Shown: one piece after another, positions 10,488-19,984 of the stretch | How positions within the stretch are numbered: the first letter of the stretch is position 1 | Layout: every line of letters starts with the position of its first letter | Assembly: GCA_045803545.1 (NCBI GenBank) | Contig: JBJMOW010000002.1 | Coordinates: 160,001-224,000, forward strand | From: Gemmatimonadaceae bacterium | GTDB taxonomy: Bacteria > Gemmatimonadota > Gemmatimonadetes > Gemmatimonadales > Gemmatimonadaceae | Reading direction: 5' to 3' | Length of the DNA stretch: 64,000 bases | Position numbers and translations under genes: made by a program | Notes under the pieces: generated by a model | Database searches by the model: none | The model's input: the letters and a program-made list of their open reading frames with translations, nothing else | Told to the model about the DNA's origin: nothing

Positions 10488-12065
10488 CTACAGACCGAGA
10501 GCGCGCTGAACGTTGATTCTACCCTTGCCCAGGCTTGGATTGATCGGATCTGCCGTCCGCTCAATCATTTGCTTGATCTTCTGCGGCTGCTTCTTCCCAA
10601 ATTCGGCAACTAGCAATGCGGCCAGACCAGATACATGCGGCGAAGCCTGGCTCGTACCAATGTCACCGACAAGCTGCCCGCCCGTCGCGCAACCCGCGTC
10701 GCGTACGAGGTCGCCGAAAACGCCGGTCTTTCCAACGATGTTCATTCTGGTTCTGGTGCAGAAAGACCAGACCGCCGACGCCGTGCTTGTGCGATTGGGT
10801 GGAGCTCCCCACGGCCAACCATCGCTTGGCAGGAGGTGGCTACCATCAGCCGAAAGAATGCCGTTTCCGCCCGGGCCAGCGACGCTGATAACCGAACGGC
10901 CATAGTTCGTGTAAAAAGCCGGCGCGTCGGGATTGCCTGTCCAGGTCGTCGGTCCAACTGCAGCGACGCAGACAACATGGGGAGCGTCGCAGAACGACGC
11001 AAACAAGTTCCCATTATGCTGGAGATCGGTCGACTCGTTCCCTGCTGACGTGACGATCAGCATTCCCTGCTGCTTTGCGTAATTAAAGACGCGATTGATC
11101 AGGCTGACGAGACGTCCATTGCCCGCCTTCGCAAACGCACCGCCTAGGCTCATGTTGGCGATGTCCGCCCCTTGATCGGCGGCGAAAAGAACGCCGCTGA
11201 GAATCTGGCCGAAGTTCCCCTGACCATTGCGACCGAGAACCTTCACGCCAATGAGAGTCGTCCTGGCAGTGACTCCGGCGAACGCAAAGGCACGGCTGCT
11301 TACCGTCGCACCCACGTTGGTTCCGTGTCCGTTGTAGTCCTGAATGGGATTGCGCGTCGGGAAGCGAGTGGCCGTAATCTCGGCATCGGAAATGGTAAGT
11401 GTGTCGGCGTGCGGGTTTGAACTGCTTGTGTCGCCGACCCACGCGTCGGCGAAGGATGCTGAGCGAGACAAATCGACAAGCGTCCTCAGATCCCTGTTGT
11501 CGTAGTCCAAGCCCGTATCGATGATCGCAACCGTCACACCTGGATCACCAAGCCTACCATGGGACCAAGCTGGATCAGCGCGAATGAGACGCATGTCCCA
11601 CTGCCACGACCCAAGAATTGCCGCAGTCGGGTCACCTGTGCCGGGTACCGGAGCGGGATCGGCGTCTGTGACTAGAGCGGGATCGGCGTCTGTGCCTAGA
11701 ATGTTGGATGCGTCAGCAGAAACGGTCGCGCTCGGTTCATCAAGTCCTACTAAGAAATCCGCATCTACTTCGGTGACACCTGCCACAGCGCTCAGCTGTG
11801 AAGCTGCGCTTGCCGTTAGACCCGACACGGTGGCAAATCCGGTGGCCGGGTGAAAAAAGGTGACGCGACCCCCAAGGCTGGCGACTGCTGCAGGGAAGTC
11901 TTTGTCGTTGCCCTTGGTCAGAACGATGTAATCCCTTACCTGCGAACTTCCCAGAACCGTCATGCTGGGCACGGCAGGCGCCTTAATGGGTCCGACCGCG
12001 TCTTCGGAGCATGCAGCGAACGCGAGGCTTACGAAAAGCGCTGCACCGGGTTTTCTAAGATTCAT
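10488..12065 (-). CDS. S8 (subtilase) serine peptidase lipoprotein
   Basis: ATG at 12065 (MNLRKPG), lipobox FAAC, triad IIDTG / HGTNVG / GTSQASPHV, oxyanion SAGN. Confidence 0.92.
   Translation of the reverse strand: MNLRKPGAALFVSLAFAACSEDAVGPIKAPAVPSMTVLGSSQVRDYIVLTKGNDKDFPAAVASLGGRVTFFHPATGFATVSGLTASAASQLSAVAGVTEVDADFLVGLDEPSATVSADASNILGTDADPALVTDADPAPVPGTGDPTAAILGSWQWDMRLIRADPAWSHGRLGDPGVTVAIIDTGLDYDNRDLRTLVDLSRSASFADAWVGDTSSSNPHADTLTISDAEITATRFPTRNPIQDYNGHGTNVGATVSSRAFAFAGVTARTTLIGVKVLGRNGQGNFGQILSGVLFAADQGADIANMSLGGAFAKAGNGRLVSLINRVFNYAKQQGMLIVTSAGNESTDLQHNGNLFASFCDAPHVVCVAAVGPTTWTGNPDAPAFYTNYGRSVISVAGPGGNGILSADGSHLLPSDGWPWGAPPNRTSTASAVWSFCTRTRMNIVGKTGVFGDLVRDAGCATGGQLVGDIGTSQASPHVSGLAALLVAEFGKKQPQKIKQMIERTADPINPSLGKGRINVQRALGL
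11651..11698. repeat. 24-bp in-frame tandem duplication in the S8 pro-region linker
   Basis: GAGCGGGATCGGCGTCTGTGACTA / GAGCGGGATCGGCGTCTGTGCCTA (one mismatch), encoding TDADPA twice. Confidence 0.9.
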
Positions 12066-12279
12066 GGCGATGGCAGTGAGAGTTTCGGCGGGTGTCTGAA
12101 GCGGTGTAAGCTCTGCAGTAAAACCAATTCCGCAAGGAGGGGGGCGGAAAACGAGCGGCAAACATGTGTAGTAACGCACGACCTGTCAAGAAAAACTTCG
12201 CGCGACGCCCGACATTTTACAGAACGGGCATGATCCGGGTTATCCGAGTCGGATTTCACCCTACAGTTAGATTTCCGCC

Positions 12280-12780
12280 ATGCCGCAACCAGCTTCATTC
12301 GACGTAACCACCGGCGTCGACCTCCAGGAAGTCGATAACGCCGTAAACCAGGCGCAGAAGGAGATATCGCAGCGCTACGACTTCAAGGGATCACCCGCGA
12401 CCATCGAGCTAAATCGGACCGAAGGGAAAATCTCCCTCACCGCCGAGAACGACTACAAGATGAACGCACTGTGGGACGTCCTTCAGTCGAAGCTGATACG
12501 GCGCGGCGTCTCAGTGAAAAATCTGGATCCCGGTGAAATCCAACCGGCTGGCGGTGATACGGTCCGACGTGAAGTAGCGCTGAAGATGAATCTGGACGGC
12601 GACACCGCCAAGAAAATCTCCGCCGCCATCAAGGACGCAAAGCTGAAAAAAGTTCAGGCAGCAATCCAGGGCGATCAGGTTCGGGTCACCTCTCCCTCAC
12701 GCGACGATCTCCAGGAAGCGATATCCCTTCTTCGGTCCAAGCACTTCGGCGTCGAGTTGAAATTCGGCAACTACCGATGA
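12280..12780 (+). CDS. yajQ: YajQ family nucleotide / c-di-GMP-binding protein
   Basis: SFDV, EVDNAVNQA, RYDFKGS, KVQAAIQGDQVRV, FGNYR. Confidence 0.93.
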   Translation: MPQPASFDVTTGVDLQEVDNAVNQAQKEISQRYDFKGSPATIELNRTEGKISLTAENDYKMNALWDVLQSKLIRRGVSVKNLDPGEIQPAGGDTVRREVALKMNLDGDTAKKISAAIKDAKLKKVQAAIQGDQVRVTSPSRDDLQEAISLLRSKHFGVELKFGNYR

Positions 12781-12813
12781 CCCGCTTCCCGCCTCCCTCC
12801 TCCCGCCTCTCCC
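12781..12813. repeat. C-rich heptamer tract (CCCGCTT-like)
   Basis: CCCGCTT CCCGCCT CCCTCCT CCCGCCT CTCCC fills the yajQ-rimO spacer. Confidence 0.8.
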
Positions 12814-12814
12814 T

Positions 12815-14206
12815 TTGAAGGTCGGTCTCATCACACTCGGCTGCGACAAGAACACCGTCGACAGCGAACGATATCTCGCTCAGCTCTCCGATTACTCAGC
12901 CGAGTACACGCCGCAGCTCGAACATGCCGAGCTGATCATCGTGAACACCTGCGGTTTCATCGATGCGGCGAAGAAGGAGTCCATCGACGCCATCGTCGAA
13001 GCTGCGCGTTACAAGAGCGAAGGCCAGTGCCAGGCAGTCGTTGCAGTCGGCTGCATGATCGAGCGTCACAAGCAGGAGCTCGTTGACGCGTTGCCCGAGG
13101 TGGACATCTTCCTCGGCTCCTCGGAGATGCAGCGCCTTGTTCCAGAGCTCAATGAGCGCGGTTTGCTTGGGCCCGCTACCGAGGAGCTGCATCCAGGCGT
13201 GCGCCTCTACGCCGGTGATCTCCCACACGTTCGCTACTTGAAGATCAGCGAAGGCTGCGATCATGGCTGCGCGTTTTGTGCGATCCCGCTGATGCGCGGG
13301 AAGCACCGCTCCTTTGCGCTCGATGAAGTCGTGCGCGAAGCGCAGATGCTGGAGCTGCAAGGTGCTCGCGAGCTGAACCTCGTCGCTCAGGATCTTGCGC
13401 ATTATGGCCGTGATCGGCGCGATGCAGTAAAGCTCCCCGAGCTGCTGGAGGCACTGGTGAACGAGACGTCAGTCCCGTGGATCCGCATGCTCTATCTCTA
13501 TTCGGCTGGTATCACTGATCGTTTGCTCGACGTCGTGGCGCGCCACGATCGGATCCTTCCCTATCTCGACATGCCGATTCAGCACGGCTCGGACGACGTG
13601 CTTGCGCGCATGCGGCGGCCCGAGCGCAAGCGGACCATACGCGAGAAAGTGCGGAAGTTCCGCGACGCGATTCCCGGCGTCGCAATACGCACGACGTGCA
13701 TCGTTGGTTTCCCGGGTGAGACCGATGCGCAGTTCGACGAGCTGCTGGAGTTTCTACAGGAGATGCAGTTCGAGCGCGTTGGGGCATTTACGTATTCGCC
13801 GCAGGAAGGCACGCGCGCCGCGCAATTCGCGGACGATGTCCATGATGCAATCAAGCGCGAGCGGCTGGAGAGGTTGACCGAGATTCAGCGCGCGATAACC
13901 GTTGAGAAGTATGAAGGTCGAGTCGGGCGCAGTGCGCAGGTCCTTGTCGATCGTGTCGAGCAGGAGCGTGGCACATCGCAGGGTCGTCTGCGCTGGCAGG
14001 CTGACGACATCGACGGAGTGACCTACATCGACGAAGCACTGGCGCCGGGCACCATCTGCGAGGTGGCGGTCGAGGAGGTAGTCGACGATTACGATTTTCA
14101 GGCCTCCTTCATTCGCACCGTACTTCCGGCCAGCGCGCCCGAGCGCCGCAGGCTTTCGCGCACGCTTCCACTCAAGCAGGTGACGATCGGCAGCTACGGA
14201 CGATAA
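12815..14206 (+). CDS. rimO: ribosomal protein S12 methylthiotransferase
   Basis: LGCDKNTVDSE, VNTCGFI, radical SAM motif KISEGCDHGCAFC, TRAM-like C-terminus (ADDIDG). Confidence 0.93.
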   Translation: MKVGLITLGCDKNTVDSERYLAQLSDYSAEYTPQLEHAELIIVNTCGFIDAAKKESIDAIVEAARYKSEGQCQAVVAVGCMIERHKQELVDALPEVDIFLGSSEMQRLVPELNERGLLGPATEELHPGVRLYAGDLPHVRYLKISEGCDHGCAFCAIPLMRGKHRSFALDEVVREAQMLELQGARELNLVAQDLAHYGRDRRDAVKLPELLEALVNETSVPWIRMLYLYSAGITDRLLDVVARHDRILPYLDMPIQHGSDDVLARMRRPERKRTIREKVRKFRDAIPGVAIRTTCIVGFPGETDAQFDELLEFLQEMQFERVGAFTYSPQEGTRAAQFADDVHDAIKRERLERLTEIQRAITVEKYEGRVGRSAQVLVDRVEQERGTSQGRLRWQADDIDGVTYIDEALAPGTICEVAVEEVVDDYDFQASFIRTVLPASAPERRRLSRTLPLKQVTIGSYGR

Positions 14207-14207
14207 G

Positions 14208-15479
14208 ATGCGCTCGTCCGAAATAATGTCTCGCGCCCGCTCGTTATTCCCAGGCGGTGTTAATTCCCCTGTTCGCGCGTTCCGCGGTGTTGGCGGCGAG
14301 CCGATCGTAGTCGAACGTGGCGAAGGAGCGCGCATTTGGGACGTCGACGGTAAGGAGTACATCGACTTCGTTCTTTCATGGGGTCCCCTCGTACTCGGCC
14401 ACTCGTCGCCGATCGTCATCGATGCCGTCGCTGACGCAATGCAACGGGGCACCAGCTTCGGCATGCCGACTGAGGCCGAGGTCCAGTTAGGCGATCTCGT
14501 CCGACAGCGGATGCCGCAAATCGAAATGATGCGCTTTGTTTCGAGTGGTACCGAGGCGACGATGAGCGCCATTCGGCTCGCGCGCGCTCACACGGGTCGC
14601 GACGCAATTCTCAAGTTTGAAGGCTGTTACCACGGACACGCCGACTCATTTCTCGTTCGTGCCGGGTCCGGCGTTGCAACACTCGGACTCCCGGATTCAC
14701 CCGGAGTCCCAGCCCCATTGGCTGGCCTTACGCTGACAGCTCCGTACAACGATCTCGACGGCGCCCGCGATCTGGCGCGCAAGAGCGAAATCGCTGCAAT
14801 TATCGTTGAGCCTGTCGTCGGCAACTCCGGCTTCATTCCGCCGGACGACGGATTCCTCGAGGGTCTTCGCTCGCTCGCGGACGAAATCGGTGCTTTGCTG
14901 ATTTTCGATGAGGTCATGACCGGGTTTCGCATCGCTCCTGGAGGTGCACGCGACCGGTTTGGCGTTAATGCTGACCTTACGACCCTGGGAAAAGTGATTG
15001 GTGGCGGATTGCCGGTGGCGTTATACGGCGGGCGACGAGAAATCATGGAACGCGTTGCCCCTGCGGGGCCGGTATACCAGGCTGGAACGTTGTCCGGGAA
15101 TCCGCTCGCGATGGCGGCAGGAATCGCAACACTGACCGCGCTCACGCCGGCGCTACACGCGAAACTGGAAAAGAAGACCGCGACGCTGGTCGGAGGTTTG
15201 CAAAAGATTGCCAGCGACCTTGCAGTGCCTTTTACGGCTGACTGCGCCGGGTCGATGTGGGGTTTTTTCTTCGCGGCTCAGCCTGTTCGCAACTTCTCGG
15301 ATGCCAAAGCTTCTGACGTAAACATGTTCCGTCGTTTCTTCCACGCTGCCCTCGAACGGGGTGTCTATCTCGCACCATCTGCGTTCGAGGCATGCTTCAT
15401 GTCCGCTGCGCACAGCGACCAGGATATTGGGGAGGCACTCGACAAAATGCGTGATGCGATGAAGGTGGCCCGTGCTTAA
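14208..15479 (+). CDS. hemL: glutamate-1-semialdehyde 2,1-aminomutase
   Basis: PGGVNSPVRAF, SGTEATMSAIRLAR, FDEVMTGFR, LGKVIGGG, YQAGTLSGNP. Confidence 0.96.
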   Translation: MRSSEIMSRARSLFPGGVNSPVRAFRGVGGEPIVVERGEGARIWDVDGKEYIDFVLSWGPLVLGHSSPIVIDAVADAMQRGTSFGMPTEAEVQLGDLVRQRMPQIEMMRFVSSGTEATMSAIRLARAHTGRDAILKFEGCYHGHADSFLVRAGSGVATLGLPDSPGVPAPLAGLTLTAPYNDLDGARDLARKSEIAAIIVEPVVGNSGFIPPDDGFLEGLRSLADEIGALLIFDEVMTGFRIAPGGARDRFGVNADLTTLGKVIGGGLPVALYGGRREIMERVAPAGPVYQAGTLSGNPLAMAAGIATLTALTPALHAKLEKKTATLVGGLQKIASDLAVPFTADCAGSMWGFFFAAQPVRNFSDAKASDVNMFRRFFHAALERGVYLAPSAFEACFMSAAHSDQDIGEALDKMRDAMKVARA

Positions 15480-16611
15480 GACCATTCGCTCCCGTGGCGC
15501 ACTGGTCGCCGCACCGGTCCTGACGATTATTGCCTGCGTGTCCTTGACACCGCGCGGTTCCACCGGCGGCAACATCCCGTCCGTGCGGGTCGGCTTGCAA
15601 CCGGGCTCGCGCCAGATGGTCCGAATCCTTCTCGGCACCTTGAGCGACAGCGACGAGTCGCCAGCGACACGTCCTTCCGGGGGCGAATCTTTCGTCACTT
15701 ACGGCGGCAAGCGCTACCGCGGTGAGTTGAGCATCGCACGAAGTGACTCCGGCCGCCTTGTGGTGAACACCCTGTCGATGGATGACTATCTGCGCGGCGT
15801 TGTGCCACTCGAGATTGGGAACCGAACCGCCGCGGAGTTTGCCGCAGTGCAGGCGCAGGCGGTTGCTGCGCGAACCTATGCGTACAAGAATCTCCATCCT
15901 GCGCGAGCCTTCGACATGTACTCGACGGTTCAGGATCAGGTTTACGGCGGTATCGATGCGGAAAAGCCCCAAGCGGACAGCGCGATTGCAACAACATCGG
16001 ACGTCCTGGTGCTGTACAACGGTCAGCCAATCACGACTCCTTACCACTCGACCTGTGGCGGATCGACCGCAGCTGTCACGGAGGTTTGGTACAGCCAGTC
16101 CGACGAGCCTTACCTGCGGCCTGTGAGCGATCGCATTCCTGGGACGAGCAACTACTACTGTGATCCGTCACCGCGGTTTAGCTGGACCCAGAACTTTGAT
16201 GGCGCGGCTCTCCGCGCGGCAATGGAGAAATACCTCTCCGTTTATACCAACGCGCCTAAATCCGGACTCGGTCGGATCACCGACATTCGTGAGACGGGAC
16301 GCACTCCGTCAGGCCGTGTTGCCGCGCTGATCGTTGCAACGGAAACCGGGAGTTATACGTTGCGCGGAAATGACGTTAGGTTCGTGCTGCGCAACGCGGC
16401 TGGTGCAACGCTGAACAGCACGTTTTTCACGTTCAGCGAGCAGAAGACCGGAGGCGAGGTTTCCAGTCTCGTGATAAACGGTCGCGGTTACGGACACGGC
16501 ATCGGCATGTGCCAGTGGGGTGCGATCGGGCGCGCGCGCGCGGGACAGAATTATCGTACGATTCTAGAGACCTATTACCCGGGAACCACGATTGGCCGAA
16601 TCGCCGGCTAG
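15472..16611 (+). CDS. SpoIID/LytB domain lytic transglycosylase-like protein
   Basis: YLRGVVPLEI, AQAVAARTYA, DQVYGG, YHSTCGG, GYGHGIGMCQWGA, ILETYYPG. Confidence 0.92.
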   Translation: MLKTIRSRGALVAAPVLTIIACVSLTPRGSTGGNIPSVRVGLQPGSRQMVRILLGTLSDSDESPATRPSGGESFVTYGGKRYRGELSIARSDSGRLVVNTLSMDDYLRGVVPLEIGNRTAAEFAAVQAQAVAARTYAYKNLHPARAFDMYSTVQDQVYGGIDAEKPQADSAIATTSDVLVLYNGQPITTPYHSTCGGSTAAVTEVWYSQSDEPYLRPVSDRIPGTSNYYCDPSPRFSWTQNFDGAALRAAMEKYLSVYTNAPKSGLGRITDIRETGRTPSGRVAALIVATETGSYTLRGNDVRFVLRNAAGATLNSTFFTFSEQKTGGEVSSLVINGRGYGHGIGMCQWGAIGRARAGQNYRTILETYYPGTTIGRIAG

Positions 16612-17635
16612 CGTCAAGGAAACCAAGGCAGCGCGCGAGACCGTTCGACTCGGCCTCGTCGGCGCAGGGGCGATTGCACAGCTCGCACATCTGCCAGCTC
16701 TCGCGAAGGTCAAAGGCGCGGAGCTCGTCGCGCTTTGCGACAACGATGGTCCCAAGGCCAGCGCCATCGCTGAGCGAATGAAAATTCCTGACGTCTTTAC
16801 CGATATCGAAGATCTCCTCGAGCTCGACCAGGTAGACGCAGTCATCATCGCCACACCCAACCATCTGCACGAGCCGCACGTCTTGCGCGCGCTCAAGTCG
16901 AAGGTGGACGTACTGTGTGAGCGCCCGTTGTCGCTGACGTCGCGCGGCGTAGAAAGGATTCTCGCTGCAGCCAAGCAGGCGGGGCGTAAGGTCGTCGTGG
17001 GAAACAATCACCGTTTCCGCAGCGACGTGCAGCAACTCTACCGCTTCCTTCAGGGCGGGGAGCTAGGCCGGCTGATCGGCGTGAGAGCAGGCCAATATCA
17101 ATTCGCTGGAAGCCGTACCGGGTGGCGATTCAGGCGTCCCGAAGCAGGGGGCGGCGCCTTTTTCGAGCATGGCTATCCGCTCGTCGATCTCGCGTTATGG
17201 GTGGCTGATTTCCCGGAGCCGGTCCGCGTCACTGCGCACATGGATCGCGCGCGCGGAGCGACGACCGTCGAAGACTCGATGATCGTCCACGTTGAATGCG
17301 CTGGTGGGACAAGCTTCGCGTTCGACATCTCCTGGTCTTACGTCGGCCAGGAAGAGCGCTGGTGGTTCGAGGTGCTATCGGCGCGCGGCAGCGCGCGACT
17401 GGCACCGCTGCGCGTAGTGAAGCTGCTCAACGGTAAACCAACCGACGTCTCGCCGAGCGGCGCCGCTGCACGCGAGAGCGTCTTTCTGCAATCGTACCGC
17501 GCTGAGCTCGCGCACTTCATCGCCGTCGTGAACGAGACGACGCAATACGAGCCACCAGACGATCAGCTGCAGGTAATCAAGCTGCTGGAAGCGATCTACA
17601 AGGCGGCGGAAGAGGGCAAGGAAATCCGCCTGTAG
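16592..17635 (+). CDS. Gfo/Idh/MocA family oxidoreductase
   Basis: GLVGAGAIA, IATPNHLH, VLCERP, GGGAFFEHGYPLVD. Confidence 0.9.
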   Translation: MAESPASVKETKAARETVRLGLVGAGAIAQLAHLPALAKVKGAELVALCDNDGPKASAIAERMKIPDVFTDIEDLLELDQVDAVIIATPNHLHEPHVLRALKSKVDVLCERPLSLTSRGVERILAAAKQAGRKVVVGNNHRFRSDVQQLYRFLQGGELGRLIGVRAGQYQFAGSRTGWRFRRPEAGGGAFFEHGYPLVDLALWVADFPEPVRVTAHMDRARGATTVEDSMIVHVECAGGTSFAFDISWSYVGQEERWWFEVLSARGSARLAPLRVVKLLNGKPTDVSPSGAAARESVFLQSYRAELAHFIAVVNETTQYEPPDDQLQVIKLLEAIYKAAEEGKEIRL

Positions 17636-18897
17636 CTGCTCAGTCGATACACCGTCCACCAGACGGCGAGATTGATTGGAAGCGCCAAAGCGATGATTTC
17701 ACCGTTTTTCTCATTGAAGAACGGAATTCCCTGAGCGACAAAACCGAACAACGAAATCGCGGCAACCCATCCCGCCAACTTTACAGCGCGCGACTGCGCT
17801 TTGCGCGCGTAAATCGCGAGCGGGACCAGAACTACGAGGGCGATCGAGAGCGGATCGAAATGCATCAGGTTTTCGTTCCGCCCCATGAAGTAGTGCCGCG
17901 TGAAGAACCAGGCGAAGATCAACGCCAGTCCAGCGACACCGGCGATCAAGCTCCACAGCGTGCTCAGTGCGACTGCGCCGAACATCGCACCGCGGCTCCC
18001 ATGCTCCGCACTGCGCACGAGAATTACCAGCAGAGCGGCGTAGACGATCCCGACTCCGACAAAAATCCACAGATAATTCGGCGCCGAGGCGGGCTCCGGA
18101 GCGCGGCCCGCGATGAACAACGTCGACTCCGAGCGGACCAGTGGAATCTGATTGCCGACGCTGTCGGCGACTTTCACGCTGCGAATGTCGTTGGCCATTC
18201 GAACCGGGAGAAACATCTCCTCCCACATCGACAGCGGTTTGTCTGCGGGGCGGCCCAATGCGAGGGTCACTCCCGTGTACATCGGGAGATCGCCGGTCAT
18301 CAAACGCTGGGTGTGCCAACGGTAAGTGCCGGCTGTCATGCGCGAGACTGTAGCCGTTTGCAGCTGCCCGCTCAGCGCGTGGTCGAGAGCGTCGCGCAAA
18401 CGCGTCGAACAGTTGTCCCGGTAGTAGTCGTAGCGATAGAACTTGTTCTGGGGCAGTGCATTCAGCATCACGAATTGCTGGAGCTTGAGTCGCTGTGCCG
18501 GCGTCAGGTTGAGCTCCTGCGCCAGGATCGACCGATTAAATCGCTTGTAGTACGTGACCATCGGCTGCAGATCGATCGGCTCCATCCAGTACTTGGTGTC
18601 GCCGGTGACAAATCGCCAGATAAAATGCGGTTGATTGAAGTCGAACATGCCCCAGTTGTAGGTCATGTCGGTATGATGCGCGCGGTCCTTGATCCAGATC
18701 GCGTTGTGTCCAAAGCGCTCCCACACGGCATCTCCCCAGCCGAACGTCACGAGGTAGACCGTCAGTTCAGAGCCGGGCTCAGCGATCGATATTGTAGGCG
18801 GCGTCTGGGACGTCGCCGCCGGATCCTGGGCAGCGGTTCGTTGCGCTGTGAAGATCAGTATGAGCGCGAGGCAAACCGCAGCGGAACGAGTGCGCAT
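17596..18897 (-). CDS. DUF4105 / Lnb-like lipoprotein N-acyltransferase membrane protein
   Basis: Signal peptide; FGHNAIW, YNWGMFDF, YRYDYYRDNCSTR; five C-terminal TM helices. Confidence 0.75.
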   Translation of the reverse strand: MRTRSAAVCLALILIFTAQRTAAQDPAATSQTPPTISIAEPGSELTVYLVTFGWGDAVWERFGHNAIWIKDRAHHTDMTYNWGMFDFNQPHFIWRFVTGDTKYWMEPIDLQPMVTYYKRFNRSILAQELNLTPAQRLKLQQFVMLNALPQNKFYRYDYYRDNCSTRLRDALDHALSGQLQTATVSRMTAGTYRWHTQRLMTGDLPMYTGVTLALGRPADKPLSMWEEMFLPVRMANDIRSVKVADSVGNQIPLVRSESTLFIAGRAPEPASAPNYLWIFVGVGIVYAALLVILVRSAEHGSRGAMFGAVALSTLWSLIAGVAGLALIFAWFFTRHYFMGRNENLMHFDPLSIALVVLVPLAIYARKAQSRAVKLAGWVAAISLFGFVAQGIPFFNEKNGEIIALALPINLAVWWTVYRLSSYRRISLPSSAAL

Positions 18898-18957
18898 ACT
18901 CGAAAGATGCAAAAAGGCTCACCATCTGGTGAGCCTTTGTCGAGTCCGGAAGAAACC

Positions 18958-19518
18958 TTACCGGGAGGCTGCGGCCATTTTCTCGCTATCGCGTTCACGC
19001 TGCGACGTCGTCGTCGAATTCTTGCCGGAGTTCTTTCCCGTCGATTGCTGGTTCGAGACGCTGCCGCTGCCCACGGTCGCCTGCTCTTTGTGCTGCGCGC
19101 CGCCGATCTGGATGCGCTTCGGCTGAGGTAGCGCTGCTTTCGGGATGCTGATGCTGAGGATGCCGTGCTCGAACTCACCCTTGATAAGGTCTTCGTTTAC
19201 CCCTTGGGGCAGCTGGAAGGTGCGCACGAAAGTGCCATAGGTCCGCTCGACGATTTGATACCGGTCGTCCTCCCCTTCCTTGCGCTCACTTCGCTTCTCG
19301 CCGCGGATGGTCAGGACGCCGTTCTCGGCGATGACTTCGACGTTCTCGGGCTTAAGGCCAGGTAGTTCGACATCGAGAGAGATCTCCTTCTCGTTCTCCT
19401 TGATGTCGACCGCCGGCGTGAAGCTGCCTCCCTCGCGGCCGAAGGTGTCTTCGAAAAGCCGGTCGATTTCGCGCCGGAGTCCGAAAACCGGGGCGCCCGT
19501 CGTCATTCTGTAGAGCAT
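18958..19518 (-). CDS. Hsp20 / alpha-crystallin small heat shock protein
   Basis: AGGAGA RBS before ATG 19518; PAVDIKE, ELPGL, LTIRGEK, ERTYGTFVRTFQLP, GILSISIPK. Confidence 0.93.
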   Translation of the reverse strand: MLYRMTTGAPVFGLRREIDRLFEDTFGREGGSFTPAVDIKENEKEISLDVELPGLKPENVEVIAENGVLTIRGEKRSERKEGEDDRYQIVERTYGTFVRTFQLPQGVNEDLIKGEFEHGILSISIPKAALPQPKRIQIGGAQHKEQATVGSGSVSNQQSTGKNSGKNSTTTSQRERDSEKMAAASR

Positions 19519-19568
19519 TTTCGATCTCCTGTTGGATGGTTTGTTGAACTGAACGGCGACAGGAGAAG

Positions 19569-19584
19569 GCAACGGCTATACCGC
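19569..19584 (-). promoter_or_regulatory. candidate sigma-54 (-24/-12) promoter of hsp20
   Basis: Minus strand GCGGTATAGCCGTTGC: GG-N10-GC spacing with TTGC at -12. Confidence 0.55.
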
Positions 19585-19681
19585 TCAAATCTTGCCGAAT
19601 TGGCAAAAGCGTCGGTCAAGCTGATTGACTCGTTTGCCAAATTTGCGGGCCGCCGGCAGGATGCGGTCGGTTCCCCTTAAC

Positions 19682-19710
19682 TTGTTTGTCGAGGCTGCTT
19701 TAGCTATAAT
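19682..19710 (+). promoter_or_regulatory. sigma-70 promoter of the rpmE-prfA operon
   Basis: TTGTTT-N17-TATAAT, 35 nt upstream of the rpmE ATG. Confidence 0.7.
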
Positions 19711-19745
19711 TCACAGCTGTTCCCGAGAACCGAGAGAATCCGAAA

Positions 19746-19970
19746 ATGAAGCCCGACATTCATCCAGTGTACGCGACCGCGACCGTTCGTTGCGCGTGCG
19801 GAAACACATACCAGACCCGCTCGACCCAGGCAGAGATCCATACCGATATCTGCGCCCAGTGCCACCCTTTCTTCACGGGCAAGCAGAAGCTTGTCGATAC
19901 CGCGGGACGCGTTGAGCGCTTCCGTCAGAAATACGGCAAGCAGACCGCTGGCTCCAGCTCTGAAAGCTGA
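19746..19970 (+). CDS. rpmE: 50S ribosomal protein L31 (Zn-binding type)
   Basis: [32 protein letters not shown]. Confidence 0.97.
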   Translation: MKPDIHPVYATATVRCACGNTYQTRSTQAEIHTDICAQCHPFFTGKQKLVDTAGRVERFRQKYGKQTAGSSSES

Positions 19971-19984
19971 GTCTGCGCGACCGG

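Noticed and set aside
17860..19131. 423-aa plus-strand ORF and other long antisense ORFs (53-1045, 23322-24419, 35829-36869, 51583-52536, 5205-6032)
   Set aside because: They shadow well-supported genes on the opposite strand, have no motifs, and are expected from GC-rich codon bias.
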